Positions 19,350 to 28,318 of a DNA stretch of 64,000 bases are shown piece by piece. The notes under the pieces are model-generated. The model was not told the DNA's origin and did no database searches. It saw only the letters and a program-made list of their open reading frames with translations. Origin of the DNA: Thermoplasmatales archaeon I-plasma (lineage in GTDB: Archaea > Thermoplasmatota > Thermoplasmata > Thermoplasmatales > GCA-001856825); NCBI GenBank assembly GCA_001856825.1, contig ATMD01000004.1:319919-383918 (forward strand), written 5' to 3'. Every line of letters starts with the position of its first letter. The stretch's first letter is position 1. A program made the translations under genes and the position numbers.

Positions 19350-19952
19350 ATGTACACTAAAAAATTTACATCGATGGAAAAATCAATAGAAGATGACAGG
19401 AGGATAGTGAAACCATCGTCCTCCCTCATAGTTATAATCCCCACCATACTGGTAATAATTGTGCTGTGGGTGAAGAATATAACAATTCTGGATTATACTC
19501 ACGTTCTTCTTGGAGGTACCTGGACTGGGATTGACTTGTTCATGGGGTTAGTGATATCAAGGGTCATGATAAAGATGTCAGTTGGTGCAAGAATAGAGTT
19601 CATTAGGAGGCTCGTTCCAATGATGCTTTTCTTTATGCCAACAATTGCGTCTCTTGCAATAACTGCTGGTATATATCTTGCCACATATGAAGGCATATTC
19701 AGTCTCAGATATCCGGTCATCATACTCGCAGGGATTATTGTTCTCATTCTGGTGATACAGGGATTCGCTATCTTCCTGCCGAACGAACTCAGAATATATT
19801 TTGAACTCAGGAAAAGTCAACCTGATTCGAAAAAGATATCAAGGTTAGCTCTAATAAATTTCAGGCTTTCTGGAGTGCAGGCAGCCTTCCAGTTCGCTAT
19901 AATATTCATCATGGCCAACATCGCAACCGGTAACCTGTTCCTGAAATTCTGA
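19350..19952 (+). CDS. integral membrane protein of unknown function
   Basis: 200 aa with 5-6 hydrophobic helices. No family motif recognised. Confidence 0.5.
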   Translation: MYTKKFTSMEKSIEDDRRIVKPSSSLIVIIPTILVIIVLWVKNITILDYTHVLLGGTWTGIDLFMGLVISRVMIKMSVGARIEFIRRLVPMMLFFMPTIASLAITAGIYLATYEGIFSLRYPVIILAGIIVLILVIQGFAIFLPNELRIYFELRKSQPDSKKISRLALINFRLSGVQAAFQFAIIFIMANIATGNLFLKF

Positions 19953-20067
19953 AAATTGCAATGAAGGAATGATGGTAAGCTACTTGTAAGGTTGAAAGCA
20001 TTTATACCTTCCAAAATTTTACCGGAAAGAATAAAATAATTGGAAGATGTAAAGAAATCCCCTATAT

Positions 20068-20140
20068 GCCACCGTAGCTCAGTCGGAAGAGCAGCTGATT
20101 TGTAATCAGCAGGTCGGGGGCTCGATTCCCTCCGGTGGCT
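20068..20140 (+). tRNA. tRNA-Thr (anticodon UGU)
   Basis: 73-nt cloverleaf. Acceptor GCCACCG/CGGTGGC. D arm GCTC-AGTCGGAA-GAGC. Anticodon stem GCTGA/TCAGC with loop TTTGTAA. T arm GGGGG-CTCGATT-CCCTC. Discriminator T. Confidence 0.95.
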
Positions 20141-20144
20141 TTCT

Positions 20145-21509
20145 TCAACTTCCTTCCGTTTCCTTTTCGTCAAGACTATTTACCATATGGATGCTATTGT
20201 ACCATTCTCTTGATTTAGTCCTTCCAAGATATGAAAATAGAAAGGACGCAATGACAATTGTTACAAACAGGATGATAGATAACCTTGTGGGACTGCCTGG
20301 GGACAAATCCGCTATAGAAGAGAAAACAACTGTTATTCCAATGATAACGACAGATAAAGTAGCAATAATTGAAGCCTTTCTCTCCCTCAATCTTACAGAC
20401 AGTTTTAGCAGCGATAGACTTCCCATGAGCTGGACTGTCATATAGGAGAAAGATACTATCGCTGCAATTACGACAAATCCTAGAAAATTGCCCAGGAAAA
20501 AGTTCGCAGTTGCTATGACTGCGGTCTCCAGTAGTAGGAATATCAGAACGGGCCTCCCTTTTATCGTCGCAACCTTCGGCAGTATACCATCCTTCCCCAT
20601 TCTCCTGATTTCATTCAGTACCGAATTAGAATAGGCAACACAAAGGTTCATGGAACTTAGCACCGCAAGTATTCCAAAGAGAACATAAACGGCATTTCCG
20701 AAATCTGCATGAATTGAACTTCCAACAAAGAATGGATTTGACGAATAAGTTGATAAACCTTTTGGACCCAGAAAAGACATAATGGAAAACGCGGAAATGA
20801 CGAGCAAAACACCGGTGGCAATATAAGAATAAATCAGTGCCTTTGGAACAATGGAACTACTTTTCTTTGTATTCTCTGAAAGGTATACTGGAGATTCCAT
20901 TCCTGCGAATGCGAGAATTCCAAAAACAACTCCACTGAATACAGAATAGACTTCCGATAAATTGGCTGGAATTAGCTGGAACGAGAAGGTTGTTGCATTC
21001 CGTAGGAACAAAGAGTCGAGGACAATAACGAACAATAGCTCAACTAGTCCTGCCCCCAATGTATACTTAATGGACCTTCCCAGCCCCTGGGAAATTATGC
21101 CAAAGAGAATGAACAGGAACAATAGGGGGACCAAGTAGCTGAAAAAGTCGGAGAATTGGCTGCCTATTGGGAGGAGGTGCAGGATGAAGAATGATGCAAA
21201 CAATGCGATGTTTGGTATCACCAGAAGTGCATATCCAGCATAGACCATGGACACGAATATACCCGTTCCTTTTCCAAGGGCCCTTCCTGCGAATAGGTAG
21301 TAGCCGCCATTTGACTGTAAGCGTTTAGAAAGATTCCAGATAACGTACACAGTTGTCATTGCTGAGAAGAACGATATCAGCATTACTACCCCTAAATATG
21401 GACCTGCATAGACAGCAATTGCAGAGAAAAGTGCGACAATATCCAACATGGGGCCTATTGATGTGAATGACTGCATGAAGGAACCTGAAAACGTTACCCT
21501 CTGTTCCAC
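20145..21509 (-). CDS. APC-superfamily amino acid/polyamine permease
   Basis: 454 aa, about 12 TM helices. The N-terminal region and overall architecture are typical of APC transporters. Confidence 0.75.
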   Translation of the reverse strand: MEQRVTFSGSFMQSFTSIGPMLDIVALFSAIAVYAGPYLGVVMLISFFSAMTTVYVIWNLSKRLQSNGGYYLFAGRALGKGTGIFVSMVYAGYALLVIPNIALFASFFILHLLPIGSQFSDFFSYLVPLLFLFILFGIISQGLGRSIKYTLGAGLVELLFVIVLDSLFLRNATTFSFQLIPANLSEVYSVFSGVVFGILAFAGMESPVYLSENTKKSSSIVPKALIYSYIATGVLLVISAFSIMSFLGPKGLSTYSSNPFFVGSSIHADFGNAVYVLFGILAVLSSMNLCVAYSNSVLNEIRRMGKDGILPKVATIKGRPVLIFLLLETAVIATANFFLGNFLGFVVIAAIVSFSYMTVQLMGSLSLLKLSVRLRERKASIIATLSVVIIGITVVFSSIADLSPGSPTRLSIILFVTIVIASFLFSYLGRTKSREWYNSIHMVNSLDEKETEGS

Positions 21510-21569
21510 CTTATCTTGAGTCGTTCGAAAGTAATATTGTTTTTCCCCTCAATGTTCAAAAACACTCAA

Positions 21570-22121
21570 TCAACTTTGGATTGCTGGGGCAATAGTTTCC
21601 AGCAGTTTCATTCCTTCTTCGGTCAGTTCATACAAGGGGTATGTTCTTTTTACAGGTCCTTCCCTTACCAGATTGGCAGATTCAAGGATGCGTATATTAC
21701 GGTCGACCTCTTTCCAGTCTGTTTCCGTTATCCTTGCTATCTCATTCCTCTGCCTGGGAACAGTAAGGGCACCCATTATGGTCAGTCTCCTTGTACCTCC
21801 TGTCCCCTTGAATATTCTGTAAACCTTCCAGTGATCTCCCTTTACAGCTGGACTATTTTTGAGTATCCTGGTTATTTTCTTCCTGCGTTCGGCAAACAAC
21901 TCATATCCCGTCAGCAGCCAGCTGATGATGGAAGAGAATAGCGGGATTGTTCCTGGGGATCCTACGGACAATAACTCTTCACGCCCATTTAGCAAAGTGC
22001 GGTTGCTTGAAGCCTGAAGTACGGAATAGGACAGTGGGTGAATGAAAACGAGGAGGGTGTACGCCGTTAATGTTATTGAAATTGATGTGAACAGGACGAC
22101 AAAATTCCTACTCAGTTGCAT
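21570..22121 (-). CDS. membrane-anchored winged-helix (ArsR-like) transcriptional regulator
   Basis: 183 aa. Hydrophobic segments lie at the N-terminus (FVVLFTSISITLTAYTLLVFI, IPLFSSIISWLLTGY). The C-terminal wHTH is RRLTIMGALTVPRQRNEIARITETDWKEVDRNIRILESANLVRE. Confidence 0.6.
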   Translation of the reverse strand: MQLSRNFVVLFTSISITLTAYTLLVFIHPLSYSVLQASSNRTLLNGREELLSVGSPGTIPLFSSIISWLLTGYELFAERRKKITRILKNSPAVKGDHWKVYRIFKGTGGTRRLTIMGALTVPRQRNEIARITETDWKEVDRNIRILESANLVREGPVKRTYPLYELTEEGMKLLETIAPAIQS

Positions 22122-22363
22122 CGTTCATTCAATCAAGATTCAAATTTAAACCTTTTTTTTGCACATCACCATTTCCTGTTACTAGAGCCATTCATCTTTG
22201 GCAGATTGATCCAGCGTCGATGAAAGGAAAGTGATCAGAAACACCGCTCCCTACTTCTGGAGATAGCCTCCTATCCTAGTTTAGTCGGCACTACCGGGTC
22301 CTACTGCTTCTTTATATGAGCCCTTTGGCGATAGGAGTTGCATGAATTTTTCATGGAAGAGAA

Positions 22364-22371
22364 TTTATATA
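22364..22371 (+). promoter_or_regulatory. TATA-box candidate for the L40e gene
   Basis: TTTATATA is centred about 24 nt upstream of the ATG at 22391. This spacing is expected for a leaderless archaeal mRNA. Confidence 0.4.
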
Positions 22372-22390
22372 GAGTGCTAATTACGAACGA

Positions 22391-22540
22391 ATGCCTTTCA
22401 AAGAAGCAACAGAGAGAATATTCAACAAGAAGATTTGCATGAACTGCTACGCATCTAACCCGATTAGGGCTACAACGTGCAGGAAGTGCGGTAGCCATGA
22501 ACTTAGAATGAAGGCTAAGGAAAAGAGGGGCGGGCAGTAG
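22391..22540 (+). CDS. rpl40e: 50S ribosomal protein L40e
   Basis: 49-aa ORF absent from the ORF track (too short): [49 protein letters not shown]. It has the CxxC-x11-CxxC zinc ribbon and basic tail of L40e. The track ORF 22301..22564 (-) is its antisense shadow. Confidence 0.9.
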   Translation: MPFKEATERIFNKKICMNCYASNPIRATTCRKCGSHELRMKAKEKRGGQ

Positions 22541-22541
22541 A

Positions 22542-23126
22542 TCAAATTGTTTTCTGAATGGCAATTTCTACGGATTTTATCATAAAATCAATGGCCATAG
22601 TGGGATATTTCCCATCAACAGAGCTTTCAGAGTCAACAGGAAAATGTATGAACCCTGCCTTTGCAGAAGAATAGTAAAGAGAATAGAAGAATATCTTGTT
22701 GCAGAGGAAGGTACCTGCCGTAAATGAAATTTCTGATGGAATCTTTGAAGATCGCAGGGAATGCACTATGTCCTCCACCGGAAGTCTGGAAAAGATGCCG
22801 TCTGGAGCCTCTTCAATAATCTTTCCAGGCTTAGGTGTACTGCCCTCTTCGTCCCTATAATCGCCCTGCCAGTTGACAGCGATCTTTTCGATACCTATAA
22901 CGTTACGTCCTGGTGACAAGCCTGTGCTGATTATTATGTCATATCCCTTTTCTAATTCCTTCTTGAATCCTTCTTCTATAACAGAGTGTTTTACGTCCAA
23001 GGAGAGCCCAACAACCTCCATTCCCTTGAAATAGGACCCATTCAGGAGCTCTGCAATCTCCCCTGACGGATTCCTCTTGAAAACTGAATAAGGCTTGAAT
23101 CCTGTTATTAGGATAATTGGTACCAC
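22542..23126 (-). CDS. pcp: pyroglutamyl peptidase I (pyrrolidone-carboxylate peptidase)
   Basis: 194 aa. ILITGFKPY N-terminus, nucleophile context TAGTFLCNKIFY and GFIHFP His context. Confidence 0.85.
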   Translation of the reverse strand: MVPIILITGFKPYSVFKRNPSGEIAELLNGSYFKGMEVVGLSLDVKHSVIEEGFKKELEKGYDIIISTGLSPGRNVIGIEKIAVNWQGDYRDEEGSTPKPGKIIEEAPDGIFSRLPVEDIVHSLRSSKIPSEISFTAGTFLCNKIFFYSLYYSSAKAGFIHFPVDSESSVDGKYPTMAIDFMIKSVEIAIQKTI

Positions 23127-24271
23127 CCAAGTTGTTCAATGACGAATTTCCTGGTTCCATCTAAGTCTTCTTTATAGACTACCTTCCCCCTATCCACCAT
23201 CTTGCGGAACAAACTCTCCATCTGTGTTCCGTCCGATGGACACCTCTCCCTTGCATTTGTTGATACCAGAAATGAGTGACATTTCTTGCATCTGAACACG
23301 TTCTTTTCTCCCGAGAATTTCCCCTTTTTCGTCTTGTCCCGTCCCTCTATCTTAACTATATCCATGGCGAAATCTACTGCTGCTGCGCTGGATATGGAGG
23401 TGCCGATACCGAAGCCGGAAGCTCCGGCTTTCTTTAGTTCCTCTATATCTTCTTCCTTTATTCCACCAGAAACTATGATCCCGACGTCCTTCTTTCCCCT
23501 GCGGTCAAGCTCCCACCTGACCTCTCTCACGATGTCTGGAAAATTGCCGCGCCTGGATGACGGAGTATCCAGTCTTACTGCATTGAGCCCCTTTATGGTT
23601 TCGGCTGCCCTGATAGACGATTCCTTTTCGTCACCGTACGTATCAACTAGCGCAATCCTTGGCGTCCCCTTGTCAGTGACTTCATCATACAGCTTCCACC
23701 CTCTCTCTTCTCCAAGCAGCAAAAGGAGGGAATGTGGCATTGTTCCCTCAGCCTTCTTTGATATCCTTTCTGCACCAATTATGCTTGATACCTTGTCACA
23801 GCCACCTATGTACGAGTTTCTATCAATAAGGGGAGCAAGTGCAGGATGCATCCTTCGTACACCAAATGAAAGAAGAGGAAGATCCCCAATTCTCTTCTTG
23901 AAGAATGACGCCTTTGTAGCGATGCCGGATGCCTGTGATAATGATCCTAGCATGGGCGTTTCAAGCATACCAAAATCCAAATATTTGCCAGCTACCTTCA
24001 CTGCGGGTATTGGTACTCCTCTGATGTCCCTTGGAGGGAAGATAGTCCCTTCAGGTAGGGAATACAAATCCACATCTGCTCCTTCCAATAGTCCTGTAAG
24101 ATCGTCTAGACCAGAAAGTGTAATCCAGCGAAGCTCCCTTGAGGAACACGTAATTTCCATGACGACCCTGGGATTGAAACCTATCTTTTTCAAGATCTCC
24201 CTGGCCCTGATAAAATAGACGTCAGTAGTCTTCAGGTTCGTGATTTCCTCAACTGAAGCTATATTTTTCAT
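23108..24271 (-). CDS. pncB: nicotinate phosphoribosyltransferase, archaeal type with C-terminal zinc knuckle
   Basis: Start moved to the ATG at 24271, which overlaps the pncA stop as ATGA. The upstream 34 codons of the track ORF overlap pncA. About 387 aa. The TIM-barrel PRTase region includes VRLDTPSSRRG and IIVSGGI. The C-terminal has CKKCH...C. Confidence 0.8.
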   Translation of the reverse strand: MKNIASVEEITNLKTTDVYFIRAREILKKIGFNPRVVMEITCSSRELRWITLSGLDDLTGLLEGADVDLYSLPEGTIFPPRDIRGVPIPAVKVAGKYLDFGMLETPMLGSLSQASGIATKASFFKKRIGDLPLLSFGVRRMHPALAPLIDRNSYIGGCDKVSSIIGAERISKKAEGTMPHSLLLLLGEERGWKLYDEVTDKGTPRIALVDTYGDEKESSIRAAETIKGLNAVRLDTPSSRRGNFPDIVREVRWELDRRGKKDVGIIVSGGIKEEDIEELKKAGASGFGIGTSISSAAAVDFAMDIVKIEGRDKTKKGKFSGEKNVFRCKKCHSFLVSTNARERCPSDGTQMESLFRKMVDRGKVVYKEDLDGTRKFVIEQLGWYQLS

Positions 24272-24795
24272 TTTGGCAGGATGTCCGTGATAGATATTAT
24301 TTTTGCTCCGTAATTCTTTCGCATATATTCCAGAGCTCTTTTCTTCTCTTTTTGAGAGTATGAATCTGTACATTCATCAACAATTATGGGACGGAACCCT
24401 CTGAAAAAAGCAGATGCAACTGAATGGATGATGCATATATCAGTCACCACTCCGCAGAATACAACCCTCTTAGCACCTTGCTTGACCAAGATGTCTTCAA
24501 GATTTGTATTGAAGAAAGCGTCGTATGTATGCTTCCTAATAACCTGAGCTTTCCCCTTCAGTTCTGGGACTGTCTCGGAACCCTTCTCCCCCTCCATCGC
24601 ATGTGCTCCCCATACCCTAATTTCCGGGTCTCCCTTTGAGTGCGAGTCCTGCACAAGGACAGCAAACTTTCCGCTCCTTTCTATCAATTCCCTTGTCGTC
24701 TTCACAACTTTCTGGAACTTGGGATGCCCCAGTTTTCCCGTGACAAAATCGTTGATAAGGTCTATTGACACAATCGCGTCGAATTTTACCACCAT
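24268..24795 (-). CDS. pncA: nicotinamidase (isochorismatase family)
   Basis: 175 aa. IVSIDLINDF, DSHSKGD and GVVTDICIIHSV (catalytic Cys). Translationally coupled to the NAPRT gene. Confidence 0.8.
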   Translation of the reverse strand: MVVKFDAIVSIDLINDFVTGKLGHPKFQKVVKTTRELIERSGKFAVLVQDSHSKGDPEIRVWGAHAMEGEKGSETVPELKGKAQVIRKHTYDAFFNTNLEDILVKQGAKRVVFCGVVTDICIIHSVASAFFRGFRPIIVDECTDSYSQKEKKRALEYMRKNYGAKIISITDILPK

Positions 24796-26135
24796 AGATA
24801 ACTTCCTTCTGACGTATCCTCTATATGAATACCTAGGGATTTAAGCGTGTCCCTTATCATGTCTGCAGAACCATAATCCCCCTTCTTTCTGGATTCATTT
24901 CTCATCTTCAGTATAATATCCATTGACTTGTCAGGAAGGGGCACTGTGTGCACAATACCAATGACTGCTTCTATCTGGCTAAGGACGTACAAAATTTCTC
25001 CCTTCTCCTGTTCTGACAGCTTGTTCCTCGCAAGAGAATCCTTGACGAAGCTGATTATCTCCCTAACAACCTCCGGGGTATTCATATCATTTTCCAGTGG
25101 GGCAAAGATCTTTCCAGTCATCTCTAGTGCCCAATCACTCTTTACTTCAGGTACTCCGCTTACTCTGTGATATAGAATGGAAATCCTCTCTGCATTACCT
25201 TGGGCATCTAATGCAGCCTTCTCCTCGAAATTTACCGCAGCACTGTACTTCATGGAAAGCATCATTATCCTTATTGCCTCAGGCCAGTAGCTTCTTAATG
25301 CATCTTCTACTGTAACAAAATTCTTGAGACTCTTGCTCATCTTGATGTCATCGACATTAAGGTGACCGGTGTGGATCCAGTATCTGACAATCGGTTTTTT
25401 CCCGGACACAGCTTCCATCTGGGCTATTTCAGACTCGTGATGCGGGAAAATTAGATCCTTAGCTCCTCCATGGATGTCGTATTGCGGACCGAAAATAGAT
25501 TCCGTTATTGCTGTATCCTCTATATGCCATCCTGGCCTGCCGTCTCCCCAGGGGCTTGGCCAGGAAGGTTCACCTTCCTTTTTCATTTTCCAGAGTGCAA
25601 AGTCAAGCGGGTCTTCCTTCTCTTCCTTGACTTCTACCCGTGCTCCCGCCCTGAGTTCATCAAGGTTTTGCTTTGAAAGATTGCCATAGTCCTTGAATTT
25701 CCTCACCCTAAAGTAGATACCATCTGATATCTTGTACGCGTATCCCTTCTCGATCAACTTTGAAATCTGTTCAATTATCTCTTTGATGTAGTCAGTCGCA
25801 AATGCGTAGTAGTTCACTGAGCTGTTCTTCAATCTCCTCATTATTTCGAAAAATTCTGAGGAATAGGATGTAGTTATGTCTTCCCATGACCTGCCTGTTT
25901 CCTGCATCTTCGTTATTATGTGGTCCTCAATGTCTGTTATATTCATTAGATAGAAGAGCCTTATCCCTTTATACCTTAGATACCTTGCGAGAACATCGTA
26001 GAAAACATAGGTTCTTGCATGACCCATGTGTGGCTTGTCTTGAACTGTAGGTCCGCAGACAAACATGTTCATCCTTTTCCCTTCCCTTGTTTCCACAGTT
26101 TTCATGGCGGAGGAGAGGGTATCCTTGACTTCCAT
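24786..26135 (-). CDS. cysS: cysteinyl-tRNA synthetase
   Basis: 449 aa. Class I motifs HMGHARTY (HIGH) and KMSKS. Zinc-site context CGPTVQD. Confidence 0.92.
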   Translation of the reverse strand: MEVKDTLSSAMKTVETREGKRMNMFVCGPTVQDKPHMGHARTYVFYDVLARYLRYKGIRLFYLMNITDIEDHIITKMQETGRSWEDITTSYSSEFFEIMRRLKNSSVNYYAFATDYIKEIIEQISKLIEKGYAYKISDGIYFRVRKFKDYGNLSKQNLDELRAGARVEVKEEKEDPLDFALWKMKKEGEPSWPSPWGDGRPGWHIEDTAITESIFGPQYDIHGGAKDLIFPHHESEIAQMEAVSGKKPIVRYWIHTGHLNVDDIKMSKSLKNFVTVEDALRSYWPEAIRIMMLSMKYSAAVNFEEKAALDAQGNAERISILYHRVSGVPEVKSDWALEMTGKIFAPLENDMNTPEVVREIISFVKDSLARNKLSEQEKGEILYVLSQIEAVIGIVHTVPLPDKSMDIILKMRNESRKKGDYGSADMIRDTLKSLGIHIEDTSEGSYLWW

Positions 26136-26189
26136 AGTTGGAGAGGAGGAACATCATTAAATTTTTTATCGTAAATATTATGTACTCAA

Positions 26190-27359
26190 GTGCCAAAAGA
26201 AAGAGTGGAGTTCAATAAAAAAACTTCGCTGCTGAATGATAAGAAGATTATTCTGGGGGTCACTGGCTCTATTTCGGCAGTTGAATCAGTACGTCTAATA
26301 CACGAGCTCAGACGTCACGGTGCCGAGGTATTTCCTGTTATCACCGAGTCTGCAAAGAGGATCATCCACCCGTACAGCCTCGAATATGCTTCTGGAAACA
26401 GGGTTGTTGAAGAACTGACAGGTGCGATTGAGCACGTGAGATTAGTTGAGGACTCCGACCTCTTTTTGATAGCGCCATCCACTGCGAATACGATATCAAA
26501 AATCTCCCTTGGAATAGATGATTCAACAGTTACTTCTGTTTTTTCTAATGCCCTCGGGAAGATTCCCATAGTCGTCGTGCCAGCGATGCATATCAACATG
26601 TATACAAACCCAATAATTAGAAAGAATATCGATGTACTGAAGTCGTTTGGCGTTATTTTCCTTGACCCGCTGATCGATGAGGAGAAGGCGAAAATTGCCG
26701 ATTATCGGTCAATAACTGCAGAGGTCATAAGAGCGCTGAATACCCAGCTTAAGGGGAAAAAGATCTTCATTATAGGGGGGTCTAGCTACGAGAATATTGA
26801 TGATGTTAGGGTGATTTCAAACAATTCAACTGGAGAAACATCCATTGACATTGCGACAATGGCATATTACATGGGAGCTGATGTTGATCTCTTGCTGGGA
26901 AATGTAAGTGTAGAAGTCCCCCCCTTCCTCGATTATGAAAAATTCACAAATATTGATTCCCTTGTAAGCAAGATTGATTCGATAAAGAAGAGTGACGCTG
27001 TGATCGTCCCTGCTGCGCTATCAGACTTCACGACTGAAAAGATTGATGGAAAGATATCCACTGAAGGACCATTTTCCATAAAATTAAAGCCGACGCCAAA
27101 ATTCCTAAAGAAACTAAGGGAGAAGTACAAGGGTGTTCTCGTCGGTTTCAAGGCAGAATATGGAGTGTCTAAAGATGAATTGATAGAAAGGGCCAGAAGA
27201 AGAATGTCGGAATATTCACTTGATATGGTCGTTGCCAACGACCTGAAGGACGTCAGGGTTGGGTATACGAAGGTAATAGTGATAAGAGGAAGGAAGGAAA
27301 CTGAGATAGAAGGTGACAAGCTTGAAGTTGCAGGGAGAATCCTTAAGTTACTCGCATAA
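26190..27359 (+). CDS. coaBC: bifunctional phosphopantothenoylcysteine decarboxylase / phosphopantothenate-cysteine ligase
   Basis: 389 aa, GTG start. The N-terminal flavoprotein domain has LGVTGSISAVE and PAMHINMY. The C-terminal CoaB domain has VISNNSTGE. Confidence 0.88.
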   Translation: MPKERVEFNKKTSLLNDKKIILGVTGSISAVESVRLIHELRRHGAEVFPVITESAKRIIHPYSLEYASGNRVVEELTGAIEHVRLVEDSDLFLIAPSTANTISKISLGIDDSTVTSVFSNALGKIPIVVVPAMHINMYTNPIIRKNIDVLKSFGVIFLDPLIDEEKAKIADYRSITAEVIRALNTQLKGKKIFIIGGSSYENIDDVRVISNNSTGETSIDIATMAYYMGADVDLLLGNVSVEVPPFLDYEKFTNIDSLVSKIDSIKKSDAVIVPAALSDFTTEKIDGKISTEGPFSIKLKPTPKFLKKLREKYKGVLVGFKAEYGVSKDELIERARRRMSEYSLDMVVANDLKDVRVGYTKVIVIRGRKETEIEGDKLEVAGRILKLLA

Positions 27360-28182
27360 GGCATTTTCACCAGGAAGCGCAACCCTGTTCTTCGTACCCA
27401 ATAGAGAGCAGAACGTACTCAGGAAAGGTTCCAAGGGAGTTGCAATTTGCATCGAGACAGGAATCACCACTAGAGTTGAGAAATCTGATTCAATGGATAT
27501 AAGGTTCAATGGTATACCTATTGATAACTCGGTCCAGGAGGAAGTCGCAAAGCTGCTAAATTTCACTGGAAAGATATTCTCTTATTCAGACCTACCACCA
27601 TCCAGTGGATTTGGATTGAGCGCTGGAGCAGCTCTAACAGCCGCAGCTGCGATAATTGGTAACGATGCAGTAAGTGGAGAAATTTATGAGATGGCTCATA
27701 GAATTGAGCTTCAACGGGGAACGGGCCTAGGTGATGTCCAGTCGCAGATGACGGGTGGATTTCACGTACGTTTGAAGGGGGGGAGTTTTCCATATTCTGT
27801 AACAGAGAGAATACTAGAAGGCCCTTCAGAACTGATCATATTGCCATTCAAGAAGAAGATACCCACAGGAGAGGTCATACAGTCTCCCTCAAGCCTGGAA
27901 GAGATAGTTACGAATGGAAAGAAAGCATTCAAGTCTTTCATGAGGAAACCGACTCTGAAAAACGCCTTTCTCGTTGGGCGGAAATTTGCGTTTGACTCTG
28001 AACTTGTATCGCAGAAGGCAGAGAAGATCCTGGATGATCTAAATGGAAAATACGCATCAGTTTCCCTAATCGGTGACAGCATTATTGCGCTCTACGATCA
28101 AGAATCTCTAGATGTTCTTAGAAAATACGGAGACCCCATTAAGACAAAGATATCTTCGACAGGCCTAACTCTGCTAACTTAG
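27313..28182 (+). CDS. pantoate kinase (archaeal GHMP-family kinase of CoA biosynthesis)
   Basis: 289 aa. KAFSPGSATLFF N-terminal motif and GHMP motif PPSSGFGLSAGAA. Directly follows coaBC. The exact start is uncertain because the ORF overlaps coaBC by 47 nt (ATG 27313, or TTG at 27322/27328). Confidence 0.75.
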   Translation: MTSLKLQGESLSYSHKAFSPGSATLFFVPNREQNVLRKGSKGVAICIETGITTRVEKSDSMDIRFNGIPIDNSVQEEVAKLLNFTGKIFSYSDLPPSSGFGLSAGAALTAAAAIIGNDAVSGEIYEMAHRIELQRGTGLGDVQSQMTGGFHVRLKGGSFPYSVTERILEGPSELIILPFKKKIPTGEVIQSPSSLEEIVTNGKKAFKSFMRKPTLKNAFLVGRKFAFDSELVSQKAEKILDDLNGKYASVSLIGDSIIALYDQESLDVLRKYGDPIKTKISSTGLTLLT

Positions 28183-28318
28183 ATTCAATAATTCATTCCC
28201 GCGTTCGTAAGGTCTTTCTATTATTCACGATCTCGTAAAAGAAATTAAATTTTCTTTATATGGAATACTGAGCAGTATTGTTAGGTATTATGTTCTATCA
28301 AGCGGGATATAAAACATT

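Noticed and set aside
19817-20173. 118-aa minus-strand ORF
   Set aside because: It runs antisense through tRNA-Thr and overlaps the ends of two supported genes, so it is a shadow ORF. The same reasoning applies to 22301..22564 (-), which is antisense to rpl40e, and to 21516..21941 (+).
23286-24218. 310-aa plus-strand ORF
   Set aside because: It lies entirely antisense to the well-supported NAPRT gene. The Ser/Pro/Leu-rich low-complexity translation is typical of a shadow ORF.
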